Notes under the pieces: model-generated
Told to the model about the DNA's origin: nothing
Database searches by the model: none
What the model saw: the letters and a program-made list of their open reading frames with translations, nothing else
Position numbers and translations under genes: made by a program
NCBI RefSeq assembly: GCF_001194135.2
Contig: NC_068998.1
Span: forward strand, 15,403,234 to 15,467,233
From: Octopus bimaculoides
Lineage: Eukaryota
Direction: 5' to 3'
Length of the DNA stretch: 64,000 nucleotides
Shown: piece by piece, positions 36,360 to 49,835 of the stretch
Layout: each line of letters starts with the position of its first letter
How positions within the stretch are numbered: the stretch's first letter is position 1

Positions 36360-36700
36360 GGATGTTTGGCCGTGTGACTGGTACAAACTGATTAGATTTT
36401 GGGATCGATCCGATACTGGACAAGGATTCTGGATTATCTTTCTATTTTTTTTTTACTTAATTTTTGAGAGCGGTTGGGTTCATTTTAGTATTCTCATTTG
36501 TGAGAGCAGTCAAGCTTATTTCAGATATTCTCATTCTAAAAATCATCTCCAGCTAATAGTTGAGAGGATGTTGTTATTGATTAGCTCCAGGTTAACCCCA
36601 ATTGGGTAGATCCATGATCAAAGGCATTCAAACTGTGATTATCTCATCTTTATTCCAGGCATTAAGTGGAGGTTTGCACTCACTGAATGCTCTTATTATT
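36353..36700 (-). mobile_element. Helentron/HINE-like repeat, copy 2 (truncated, with internal insertion)
   Basis: The reverse complement aligns with 32310-32550 over about 250 nt, interrupted at 36578-36659. Confidence 0.6.
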
Positions 36701-36935
36701 ATTACTATCATTATTATTATTTTTATTAACATGGTAAGCTGGCAGAATCATTAGCACCGCTTGGCAGTATTTCACCCATCGCTACATTCTGAGTTCAAAT
36801 TCCGCCACGGTTGACTTTGCCTTTCATCCTTTTGGGGTTGATAAATTAAGTACCAGTGAAACATTGGGGTTGATGTAACCAACTAGTCCCCTCCCCACAA
36901 ATTTAAGGCCTTGTGCCTCCAGTAGAAAGGATTAC

Positions 36936-36970
<35 letters not shown>

Positions 36971-37370
36971 CATCAAGGTCAACTTTGCCTTTCATCCTTT
37001 CGGGGTCGTTAAATAAGTACTAGTTGGACACTGGAGTCAGTGTAATTGACTTATCCCCTTCCCCTGAAATTGCTGCCCTTATGCCAAAATTTGAAATCAT
37101 TATTATAATTATCATACAAGGCAGTGAGCTGGCAGAATCGTTAGCATGCCAGGCAAAATGCCTAGCAGCATTTCATCTGTCTTTATGTTCTCAGTTCAAA
37201 TTCCACCAAGGTTGACTTTCATCCTTTCAAGGTCAATAAATTAAGTACCAGTCAAGTACTGGGGTCAATGTAATTGACTGTCCCCCTCGCCACAAATTTT
37301 GGTCCTTGTGCCTATAGTAGACATGATGATGATGATGATGATGATTATCATTATTACTATTTTATTATTA

Positions 37371-37407
<37 letters not shown>

Positions 37408-38377
37408 TATTAAGGTGGTAAACTGGCAGAACCATTAGCATGCTGGACAAAATGCTTAGCGGTATTTCATTCATCTTTACAGTCTGATTTCAAATTCCAC
37501 TGAGATCAATTTTGTCTTTCAACCTTACAAGGTCAACAAAAGAAGTACCAGCTGAGCACTAGAGTTGGTGTAATCAACTCCTCCACAAAGTCGACTTTGC
37601 CGTTCATCCCTTTGGGGTCGATAAAGTAAGTACCAGTTGAGCACTGGGGAGTCAATGTAATCAGCTTTCCCCCTTCCCCAAACTTGCTGACCATGTGCCA
37701 AAATTTCAAAACCAATATTCAGATTCAGTTATCTGGTTCATTGATTAACTATAACCATCTCAATTGTTATAAAAATTCTAACAAATAAAAAAAGATAGCA
37801 GTGCCAATACGATGAAGTATGTAATTACTATGTTGGCCATAGCTACCTTGAACATCAAATTATATTTTACTCTCACCTTTCTGACAAGCCCCTTCAATAA
37901 CACTACTGCCCCCACAAGTGATTTTCTCAGTGAAGAAACGGGGACTGTGAAGATTGAAAAATGGGAGAACAGACATATTGTTGTCTTATAAAACTAAGAT
38001 GGTTTTAAACTTGTCTAAGGAAGCAGAATCATGTAGATGCAAAGACTATTCTGTTTTCTCATTAATGGCAGAGTGATGGTGATTTTTCACTATTTGGAAA
38101 GGGAGCCTGGTATTATTTGTCAGTCTCAGAACAACTCATGTAAATCTTTTATATTTGATTTGTTTCACTCATTAGAATATGGCCATACTGGGGCACTGCC
38201 TTGAAGGGTTGTAGTCAAATAAATCAACTCCCCCATACTTACTTCTCTTTTCGAGTCTAGTACTTATTCTATTGGTCTCTTTTGCCAAGGTACTAAATTA
38301 CAGGGACATAAACAAACTAACATCAGTTGTCAAGCAGGGAGGTGAGGGCATTAAAAGAGACACAAAAACACACATAT

Positions 38378-38408
<31 letters not shown>

Positions 38409-40699
38409 NNNNNNNNNNNNNNNNNNNNNNNNNNNNNNNNNNNNNNNNNNNNNNNCACACACACATATATATGCACATATGGGTACAGGACGTCACCAAC
38501 TGTGTAAACAACGTGAAATACGAAAACAAACGAGTTAAATACACAAACGAAAGAAGAAATGGAAAACAGGACAAGTAAACACAAAGAAAGGACCCTTTAT
38601 CAGTTGTCGGCTGTCTATCTACTCCTCATTTCAAGCATTCGACGACAATATGAGTCTTCAAAGGCAGTTACTCCCATAAATTCCAAAATAAAATTTAGGA
38701 TTGATGGAGGGTCAAAGTTGGGAACAAAAACAGGATGTGTGAAGACATACAAGGAAACCAAATGAAAACAAACATGGAGGGTATTAGACCAGAACAAGAG
38801 GAAAATAGTGAACGCTGGGAGAAATATCTTCTTTGAAAAGAGAAAAGATAGAAGAGAGAAAGAAAACATCCAGTCCTTTGAATGTCCATGCAGGAAAAGA
38901 AAGATGGCATTCAGCTATAGAAATCATGCCAAAGCTGACATTGGAGCTCTGTGGATTGCTGAATGCTTTCAAACTGTTCGACCCTTGTCAGTATGGAAAA
39001 CAAACAGATGATGATGATGATGTTAATGATATTGATGATGATGAAGATGATGATGGATTCAACCTAGAAGAATTCATCTTTATGCGGTAATACACTAAAA
39101 CAAAAGTTGTTGACATTTTTAACATGGGCCTCCTTGATTTACTGAATCTTTACATGGACCTCTTGAGCAGAAAGATCAATGAAACTAAACTAAAAATTAA
39201 ACAGACTGAATTAAACTAGCTATCAAACAATGCAACCTAATTGAAAACAATTAAAATAAATAAATATGCATGAACACATTACTGACAAGCCCTAATATTC
39301 AAAACTACTCTAATATGTGATAGATTATGTTTCTGTGGACCACAGAAAGATTTTGTCATAGACCACCTGTTGAGAATTGAAGAACAAGAATATATTGGTT
39401 CAGTACTGCAGGCTACTGAAACGCTTTCCAATTTTATAACATTATAATTACTTACAGCGGTGAAGAATGTCTCCTGTAGTTCCTGTTTACTGCTATGTTG
39501 ACCAGGCTATGGTAAAGGGTAAAGAACCTCTTCAATCATGAACAACCATGGGATTGCACCTAGAAAGTTCCCCTCTGAGGCACAAGTCTGGGCAAGGTTG
39601 TTTGTGGAAGAGCAGCAGTCGCCCATGCATGTCGGCCTCCCCTCCCCATGCCACTGATGTTATCCAAGGAAAAGACAAACGCTGGTACAGCTTGGCACCA
39701 GTGACATCACAACTCATTTCAACAGCTGAGTGAACTGGAGCAACGTGAAATAAAGTGACTTGCTCTAGAACACAACGCACAACCCGGTCTGGGAATCAAA
39801 CTCACTACCTCATAATTGTGAGCCCAGTGCTCTAACTACTGAGCTATGCACCTTCACAGGCTAAGGTCTACGTTGCATTAAACAGAGACTATTCTATGGT
39901 ACCTGTTGTCTTAACCAGAAAAGCAATGCTGAGTAAAATAAAAATCGTCAGATCAACAAAAACTTTCATCTTCACTATTACTATGTAAAAGTGGTAGACA
40001 CATAACAAGTTAGCAAGTTCTGAATAAACTGAATCAACAGAGAAGTTTCAATGTGTTTGTAATTATTTCGTTTCAACAGACTGGCCTGAGAACAAGATTA
40101 ATGCCACAACTTCTCAATTTACTTCCCTTTCCCAAGACTCTAAAACCTTATATTTAGAAAACAAAGAACAGGAGATTTTCAGAAATGCAAACTCAAACCT
40201 CCAAGAAAATATTAGCAGTATTTTGCCCCCAACTGGTGTATTTTCTGTATGGTTTAACAGGTTTTTACTAACTACTAATAGGCTGCAATGGTTGATATTA
40301 ATATTATATAATGTTAAATGAATGCAATAGACTGGGAAAGACACAGGTTATACTGCTTGCCATGATTCTGTTTGCTTAACAAATCCTCACAGAAAATATC
40401 TATTTATGTTGCAATCTATTCCATCAAAGAAAGACAAGGCCATCGCTTTAAACAAATAAGCTACTGACATTACATTGAGCTGAAACACAAGCCAGAGGAA
40501 GATAAATTAAAAAGTTTTATTACTTAAATGCCAACGAATAAAAGCTCTTGCTCAATATTGATTTTAACATTGGCAAACGGCCATAAATTTGGGGTAGAAG
40601 GATCGGTTGATAGAATCGACTCCAAGACTTGACTGGTACTCATTTTATCTACTTCAAAGAATGATAGCCAAAGCCAACTTTGACATGTTTTAAATCCCT

Positions 40700-41771
40700 A
40701 GAATATAAAGAATCGTAACTAAATATCGCAAAGCATTTTTGCTCGTCGCTCTACCGATTTTGATAATCCATCAACCTTGCTCAATATTAAATACAAGCCG
40801 CAGCATCTATTGTGTATTTTTTTATTATTATCATTATTATTATTATTATTATTATCATCATCATCATTATTATTATCATAACGATCAATAAAAATTATAT
40901 ACAAATTGGAAGCAAAGAAAATATATTAACGAAGGCTGAATATATTCCAGGACATTAGAAGAAATTTACAAGAGCGTTTGACCCATAGGCTCACTGAATA
41001 AAAGAAATAAATCCTAAATGCTTTAATTAATAAAACATTTCTTAAAATTTCAATTATTTATATTACTACACATTATTGGAATGTTTCAATATTTGCTGTT
41101 CTATATTTACTTTTCATCCAATCACAAATTCAAAACCGTAAGATCAAACATTTTTCTTTGTACACAATTCTTTATTAGAGGCATTAGTTACGTAATGAAA
41201 CGGTTACAAGTGGAAATTGAAACCGAGTCGCAAATTCTTTCGAATGCAAAAGTGGTTGGCAAAAACGACAGAACCAGATTCGGCATCTTGCTTTGGTTTC
41301 GTTAGTGATCAGTAAGAGAGATAGAAATCATAGAAAAAATTTGCTTGCTTTACACCTAGTCAAAAGAGATTCGATATTTACACTTTTTATTTATATTTAT
41401 TATGTGTGTGAGTATGTGTTTCTTGAAAAAGCGGACCCGTGCCTGTGGAACAAGTACTTGCTGTTGGGTGTTGCTTTTTGAATCGAGTGTATGTGTGTAT
41501 GTATATATACTAGCTATATATTAGTTATTACTTGACCACATTAATTAGTAATTCTGTAATTAATATATCATTGTAGTTTATGAATCACAAAAACAAGATT
41601 CTAGCAAAATAAACTGACTAGAATTGATGAATTTCAATGTTGTAAGTTCTACGATTGTTATATCTTTCTAAAAGATTGAAATGATTAACCATTGGTTTAC
41701 ATCGAATTATTTTTTTATGCATTCGCACATTTGACATCCGAGATTAACATACACACACACACACATATATA

Positions 41772-41804
<33 letters not shown>

Positions 41805-42242
41805 CATCATATTTATATAGGCAGTCATGTTTTTTCTTACGAAATAAAAACAATAAAATCAGCAGTTGTGAAGTGGTTTCAAGTAGCTTCGAGAGATAAA
41901 ATTTTTTAAAATAAATATAGGAGAATTTTGTTTATAAACGTTGTCAATGTTTACGCATAAACATGTTAAACTTCTAATCGTAATCGAGTTATTTATTTCT
42001 TTATTTTATTTTGCTTATAATGAAGCAACTCAAAAACGCATATAAGAATCTAAACTAATGTTGTGCAGAAGTATTTTCATGTACAAGTTCCTGAATTACG
42101 GTGCACAATAAACACAAAAACAACTGATTGACAGTTTTCACAACGAAAGTTGTCAAACCATGGGGTCTCTTTCTTTCTCTCTCTGTCTCTCTCTCAACAC
42201 ACACACATATACAAATACACATACGTATATAAACATAAATAC

Positions 42243-42289
<47 letters not shown>

Positions 42290-43100
42290 CAGGATCATAA
42301 TAGAACCAACAAAAGTATTATATAGATAGATAGATAGATAGATAGGTATATATATATATACATAGTAAGATAGATAGATCGATGGATGGATATGTATGTA
42401 TGTATATGAAACAAGTGTGTATGTTGTATGTAATGAGTGAAATCACGATTATATTAGGGAAAGACAGTCGTACATTAGTAGCGCATAAGACCATTGCTAG
42501 CACAGAATATAGATATTGACAACAACTGAACAATAAAGCAATGTCATTAGAGATTAAATATTCAAATGAAAGTCACACGATTTGATGGAAAGCGACAATA
42601 AAAAGGACCTCACCTGACTCTCATAAGTATCAACACTAAATAGCCATTTTGTTTCCCGGCATGCACATGAAATAAGAACAGTCGCGGAGTAGGAAATACG
42701 AAACGAAATTATATAAAAATATAAAAATAGTTTCCGATCGCTACCTTACGATGCTGAGGAGAGAAAGAAGAGAAAAAATTATCTGTTTATTGTTTTTTTT
42801 TTCTTTCTTTCCTCAGCACAAAAAGAAAAACGAAACACACATGGGTACATGCATAAAAGACACGAGCGCGTTTTATATATGTTTACATTATACAAACACG
42901 CACACATACACCCACACAGAAACACACGCACGTACGCACACACATGCACACGCACACTTGCGCAAACACGCTACGTTAAAGATAGCTTATTTAGCATTCA
43001 CATTGAGTTTTGAATATGGCTGTTAAACATGTTCTTGTGTGTGTGTGTGTAGGTGGAGATGGAGTATATGTAATCTGGGTATACCCCCACTTTTAAATTT
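40700..43100. promoter_or_regulatory. CpG-retaining region, candidate USP8 promoter / 5' UTR exon region
   Basis: Many CG dinucleotides in otherwise CpG-poor DNA. Minus-strand donor CAG|gtgagg at 42613 and an AAAATGGC motif nearby. Judged by eye. Confidence 0.45.
42614..42753 (-). other. Candidate non-coding 5' UTR exon of USP8
   Basis: Bounded on the minus strand by acceptor ttttttctcttctttctctcctcag and donor gtgagg. No long ORF. Confidence 0.35.
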
Positions 43101-43620
43101 TGTTTTTTTTACGGAATCCTATGTTTCAGACCATGGAGAATNNNNNNNNNNNNNNNNNNNNNNNNNNNNNNNNNNNNNNNNNNNNNNNNNNNNNNNNNNN
43201 NNNNNNNNNNNNNNNNNNNNNNNNNNNNNNNNNNNNNNNNNNNNNNNNNNNNNNNNNNNNNNNNNNNNNNNNNNNNNNNNNNNNNNNNNNNNNNNNNNNN
43301 NNNNNNNNNNNNNNNNNNNNNNNNNNNNNNNNNNNNNNNNNNNNNNNNNNNNNNNNNNNNNNNNNNNNNNNNNNNNNNNNNNNNNNNNNNNNNNNNNNNN
43401 NNNNNNNNNNNNNNNNNNNNNNNNNNNNNNNNNNNNNNNNNNNNNNNNNNNNNNNNNNNNNNNNNNNNNNNNNNNNNNNNNNNNNNNNNNNNNNNNNNNN
43501 NNNNNNNNNNNNNNNNNNNNNNNNNNNNNNNNNNNCATAGCCTAAAACGTGGGATTCCGTAAAAAAAATTAATAAATAAGGGGGGGAAAGGTTCAGATTA
43601 CATATAGTCCATCTCTACCG
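43051..43620. mobile_element. Element with about 85-bp imperfect terminal inverted repeats spanning an N-gap
   Basis: 43051-43135 aligns to the reverse complement of 43536-43620 (ggt.gagatgga.tatatgtaatctg...ttttttacggaatcc..gttt.ag..c.atg). Confidence 0.7.
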
Positions 43621-46163
43621 ATATATGTACATATATACCGTTTAAGAATACATAAGTCAGAAAAAATATGCATTCGGATATTTTGTTAATACAGTGGGTA
43701 TATTATTTGAAGTGTACAGTATTATATATCCATTACAGCTGAACTTACCAACCGGTTTCATGCCGAGGGTTTAACCAGATGTTAAGTAAGAGTCCGAGTA
43801 TTTGACTCTGTACTCATCAGGGTTGACAGTTATGCGAGAAAATATGGCAACTGTTCCCTGTTGTTGGAAGTGAAAAAGCACATCCAGTAATGGAAACAGC
43901 AAACCAGGAGTGATTTTTTTTACTTCCGATAACAAAGAGTAGTTACCATATTTTCTTTCATAACTACCAAACATTATGAGTGCAGTGTTATATAATCAGG
44001 CTGTTATCTAACATCTGGTTGAACACTCAGTGCAAAACCAAGTGGTAAAATTGGGCTTAATGGATACATAATACTGTACACTTTGATTAAGATGTGTGTG
44101 TGTCTGCATGTGTATGTATGTATGTATGTATGTATGTATATAAAGTTCATTTAATGTCTCATGTGACATCCTTCCAGTTTTATGAATTGATATCAGTTTT
44201 GCTCTGAATTAGCAGCCATAATGCTAATAATCTCAAGCAATCAATGTCATTAACCTTTCAAATGTGTATGATTGTAAGTGTGCAAGTGGAAAGTGGTTCT
44301 ATTACATATGTATATTAATCAAATATATATATATATCATCATCATCATCATCGTTTAACGTCCACTTTCCATGCNNNNNNNNNNAGCTGGATGCCCTTCC
44401 TAACGCCAACCACTCAGAGAGTATATATATATATTGTTTGTAGAAATACATAAATTTAGAGGAGAAGCACACTCTAAGATGTAGAGCAGTTAATATTATA
44501 AGTGGGGAGGCCAGTTTATGGGGCTACCCTGGATTTCTTGCTCATAAGGAGTTTGATAACATCATCAATGAGGACCCAACAAAGAAGAACCTAATCTAAT
44601 TCGACAGCAACAGGAACACAGCTCTACATATCCCAAGAAAACAGGTTGAAAGCATAGTAGTCCAATGATGGATCTAAGCTACCTCAAAGAAAAGACACAA
44701 TGGATAATGTAGTCTTGGATACATTACATCTCAAAAAAAAACACACGGGAGGGTCATGGCTGGAACAATTCTAATCATTGGTATGCTCAATTGCAGTTAA
44801 CCTGTGGCTGAACAACATATCCTCACTAATCATAGAAAGATAACAAGTCAGCTGTCACTCATGGATGAGCACAGTAACATGTAACATGCTTTCTGTAATT
44901 GTTTTAGAGACCTATGTTGTTGTGAGCAGAAATAGGGACCCTCTCTACTCCCACCTTTTTAACCAAGATCCAAGATCAGGATATGATAGCTGAAGGGAGA
45001 AAGAACTGCATCAGCATTTGGTTGGTGTTCATTTTCGGCTGACTAAACTGAAAGAATGTGAATAAAGTTTCTTGCTCAAAGACACAAGCTTCTGGCTCCA
45101 ATAATTGAACCCGCAATATTATGATCATGATCTGAAAACCCTAACCAATCATAAATAAACTGCCAACATTATTACTCTATACACATGCTAAGCCTCACTA
45201 TATTGGGTGACCTTTCAGGGCAACCACTCCTATACCAAATCTTTCATTTTGCTTATTTCTTTCTCCTTTACCACCCCTATTATTTCTCAACCCTGAAATC
45301 TCACATGAAAGCTTTTTCATCCCTCTGAAAATTTTCTTCTCCTCTTAAGTTTCTCCTTCAAATGTTTAAGGTGAACATTAAATCTATAGTTATCTTGATT
45401 GTCAACCTTTCCTTCAGTCTAGCAGTGTCTGGGAAATGCAGTAATATTTCTCAAGTCTTTCATAAAATTAAATACTAACAATATAATATTAACCATAAAC
45501 AGCACATTATAATTGGCTAACAATATTGACATTTAATGCAACATTAAAAAATTGAGAGCTAATAACATAGATGTTTAATAATTAATGAACATTAGGCAAT
45601 AAGTTCTATAAACCATCAGCCTAGCAGAGCTGTTTTTCTTTAAATGACACTCATAGAATTATAAAAATATTTGAATTCAGCACAACAAATTAGCAAAACA
45701 TTCATCAATTATGCAATATGCTTGATGCTTACACATTAGACAAAATGCTTAGCAACATTTTTTCCAGTTCATTCTGAGGTTGACTTTGCCTTTAATCTTT
45801 TTTTACTAATCTGCAAAAAAATATTTTCTTTTTTATGGGGGAGTGCCCTCTGACCTTTTACTTCAATTTTTTAATTTTGACTTACTTATTAAAATTTTTT
45901 CAGATTTATTTGAGCTATATCCAACTCAAATATATAATAATACTTGTTTTATGTTCAAACCTGCTAGATCTGGTCTCTTACACCAACCCCCCAATGTCAT
46001 TCTAAAAATAAACAATCACATCATCAAAGTCTGAAAGCTTTGAGATCATGCATAATTTAATTCAAAAGCAATGATTTAATTCAAAAATAACTATTAAATT
46101 TGACAGAGTAATCTGAATGCTAAAGGGTTAAACATATGAGATTATGATTCTACAAAAACTTAC

Positions 46164-47285
46164 ATCATCATCATCATCATCGTTTAACGTCCGCTTTCCA
46201 TGCTAGCATGGGTTGGACGATTTGACTGAGGACTGGTGAAACCGGATGGCAACACCAGGCTCCAGTCTGATTTGGCAGAGTTTCTACAGCTGGATGCCCT
46301 TCCTAACGCCAACCACTCAGAGAGTGTAGTGGGTGCTTTTACGTGTCACCCGCACGAAAACGGCCACGCTCGAAATGGTGTCTTTTATGTGCCNNNNNNN
46401 NNNNNNNNNNNNNNNNNNNNNNNNNNNNNNNNNNNNNNNNNNNNNNNNNNNNNNNNNNNNNNNNNNNNNNNNNNNNNNNNNNNNNNNNNNNNNNNNNNNN
46501 NNNNNNNNNNNNNNNNNNNNNNNNNNNNNNNNNNNNNNNNNNNNNNNNNNNNNNNNNNNNNNNNNNNNNNNNNNNNNNNNNNNNNNNNNNNNNNNNNNNN
46601 NNNNNNNNNNNNNNNNNNNNNNNNNNNNNNNNNNNNNNNNNNNNNNNNNNNNNNNNNNNNNNNNNNNNNNNNNNNNNNNNNNNNNNNNNNNNNNNNNNNN
46701 NNNNNNNNNNNNNNNNNNNNNNNNNNNNNNNNNNNNNNNNNNNNNNNNNNNNNNNNNNNNNNNNNNNNNNNNNNNNNNNNNNNNNNNNNNNNNNNNNNNN
46801 NNNNNNNNNNNNNNNNNNNNNNNNNNNNNNNNNNNNNNNNNNNNNNNNNNNNNNNNNNNNNNNNNNNNNNNNNNNNNNNNNNNNNNNNNNNNNNNNNNNN
46901 NNNNNNNNNNNNNNNNNNNNNNNNNNNNNNNNNNNNNNNNNNNNNCTTGCACGCCACACCTGATGCTTCTAATGTTCAGCTTTTCTCTCAAGATACTTAC
47001 ACTCTGACGGGTATTCACATTGACATTACACATCCAACGGAGCATACTGGCTTCATTCCTTGCGAGCTTACGTATGTCCTCAGCAGTTACAGCCCATGTT
47101 TCACTGCCATGTAGCATGGTTGTTCGTACGCATGCGTCATACAGTCTGCCTTTTACTCTGAGTGAGAGTCCCTTTGTCGCCAGCAGGGGTAAGAGCTCTC
47201 TAAACTTTGCCCAGGCTATTCTTATTCTAGCAGCTACACTTTCAGCGCACCCACCCCCACTACTAACTTGGTCGCCCAGATAGCG
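46164..47285 (-). mobile_element. RTE-clade LINE, 5'-truncated, young 3' end, with internal gap
   Basis: MLHGSETWAVTAEDIRKLARNEASMLRWMCNV (RTE thumb region) and 3' end ...gcatggaaagcggacgttaaac(gat)n. Confidence 0.9.
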
Positions 47286-48202
47286 GAGGATAATATAAAT
47301 CTGAAGAAGTTTTCAAAAATGTCAAAACTGAAAAAATTTACAGAAAAGGGATGGAACAAGATCCCTCCCTTTAAACATACATATGATGCCTACATGCAGT
47401 AAAGTGGTTGGTGTTAGGAAGTGCATCCAGCTGTAGAAATCATACCAAAACAGGCAATGAAACCTGGCACTGCTCCTGTCCTTGCCAGTTTCTGTCAAAC
47501 CATTTGACCCATGCCAGCATGGAAAATGGATGTTGAATGATGATGATGATGAGGTCTGAAGACATTATAAATTTTGGCATGCTATATGATAATGTCTGAG
47601 TCTATTCTAAAGGAATACCCATTTCCCTATCACATGAGAACTTTTCCAAATTTGTGAACTTTATTCAATGATTTGGCCAAAACAGACCAGCACTAGTTTA
47701 CTCAGACTTCATTTTTGTCCCTATAGAATGACATATTGATAATTCATGTATTTCTTTTATGTGCTGTGAGTGCTACAGATTTAATTGGTAAGCTTCCAGT
47801 GAGTCAAGACACAATTTCACTTCTCTGTTAATGCATATTCACTTCAGAATACTGCATTCTCTATATCAACTGAAATATAAAACCTTTGTTTCTAGTTAAC
47901 AAGAAACCAATTCTTTATTTCCTTACATGAATTAAATTTTGTCTTATACAAAGTTTTCTGATTTAGGTACAAGGCCAACAATTCTGCAGGAAGGAGATTA
48001 AATCAATTCCATCAACCCCAATAGTTGACTGGTACTTTATTTTATTGACTCTGAGAGCGGGGCGGTTGGAAGGGCAAAGTTGAGCTTGGTAGGAGTTGAA
48101 CCCAGAACATAAAGAACTGGAAGAACTACTGTATGGCATTTTGTCAGAAGTTCTAATGAGCTTTCCAGCTCACTGCCTTTTTTTGTCATATATAATTACA
48201 GT

Positions 48203-48592
48203 GGGTGGAGGCGCAATGGCCCAGTGGTTAGGGCAGTGGACTCGCGGTCATAGGATCGCGATTTCGATTCCAAGACTGGGCATTGTGAGTGTTTATTGAG
48301 CGAAAACACCTAAAGCTCCACGAGGCTCCGGCAGGGGATGGTAGTGAACCCTGCTGTACTCTTTCACCACAACTTTATCTCACACTTTCTTCCTGTTTCT
48401 GTTGTACCTGTATTTCAAAGGGCCAGCCTTGTCACACTGTGTCATGCTGAATATCTCCGAGAACTATGTTAAGGGTACACGTGTCTGTGGAGTGCTCAGC
48501 CACTTGCACGTTAATTTCACAAGCAGGCTGTTCCGTTGATTGGATCAACTGGAAACCTCGACGTCGTAAGTGACAGAGTGCCAACAACAATT
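48203..48592 (+). mobile_element. tRNA-derived SINE family C
   Basis: ggcgcaatggcccagtggttaggg...gtttcgattcc head. Inverse copy at 9012-9530 (across a gap); partial copies at 22450-22780 and 32750-33060. Confidence 0.88.
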
Positions 48593-49587
48593 ACAGTGGA
48601 ATTGGCATGAATAACTATCTCAAAATCTTATGATGGTATTGCGAAATATACCACAAAGTCAGATTGCAGCTAATAGAAAGAAGTCTGGACAAAGACACTT
48701 TTGGAGACCTAATTTTTAAATATAAACAGAAATTTGTCATGTCCATCCTTTTGCATGGAGGAGATATACATAAAAGCCCAGCCTGATCTGATATACATAT
48801 GCTTACTAATTCAAAATTATCAAGCTTCATACTTCAATAAATATTGTTTTTTCTACTCTAGGCACAAGGCCCGAAATTTTTGGGGAGGAGGCCAGTTGAT
48901 TAGATCAACCCTAGTACGCAACTGGTACTTAATTTATCAACCCCGAAAGGGTGAAAGGCAAAGTCGACCTCAGCAGAATTTGAACTCAGAACGTAAAGAC
49001 AGATAAAATACTGCTAAGCATTTCGCCCGGTGTGCTAAGGTTTCTACCAGCTCACTGCCTTACTTCAATAAATATTTTTAAAAACGACTCTTATAAAGGA
49101 GTCTAGATGATACAGGATAAAAATTGAAAAGCAAAGGTGCAAAGAGAATAAAATGTGATCTTATATTGTATGAATTTTTGCTTAGTTATTGGAGGAGAGT
49201 TTGTAAAAATTATATGCTTGAATATTCAATGTCACCTAAATTGTTAACTCAACATGATCTGTTTAATATGCACATATTTATCTTTACCTATACATGCAGT
49301 TTGTATAAGTATGGAGAATGATGTAGTTTTATAGATCTTTTGTTTGTTTTACATATCTCAATTCAGGCTCTACAGCTGTGTGTATACATGAATAAACATT
49401 TATGCATGAGCTCACAATTTGTGAAGAGCATATTTCACCTTTCATCCCTCTGAGATCAATAAAATAAAATAGAAACTGTGATGATAATATGGTGTCGTCT
49501 GTTAGTTGTTACCTATTAAATTTACTGATGCATTCACAAGTGCTTTGTTTTGGTGGCATATATATAAAGGGTTAATATATATATATA

Positions 49588-49835
49588 TCATCATCATCAT
49601 CATCATCATCGTTTAACGTCCGCTTTCCATGCTAGCATGGGTTGGACGATTTGACTGAGGACTGGTGAAACCGGATGGCTACACCAGGCTCCAATCTAAT
49701 TTGGCAGAGTTTCTACAGCTGGATGCCCTTTCTAACGCCAACCACTCAGAGAGTGTAGTGGGTGCTTTTACGTGTCACCCGCACGAAAACGGCCACGCTC
49801 GAAATGGTGTCTTTTATGTGCCACCCGCACAAGCC
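49588..49835 (-). mobile_element. RTE 3'-end copy running into a gap
   Basis: (cat)n-cgtttaacgtccgctttccatgctagcatggg..., nearly identical to 46164-46393. Confidence 0.88.

Noticed and set aside
36730-37715. Idea that SINE B is mobilised by the neighbouring R4/Dong-like element
   Set aside because: The SINE tails are (ATT)n on the sense strand while the R4-like 3' flank is (TAA)n on its sense strand, and no shared 3' sequence is visible.
47700-47869. Minus-strand acceptor ggttttatatttcag followed by DIENAVF*
   Set aside because: No upstream coding exon could be linked to it.
48203-48280. tRNA-like sequences at SINE heads
   Set aside because: A/B boxes are present but no complete cloverleaf, and each continues into a SINE body, so they are not called tRNA genes.
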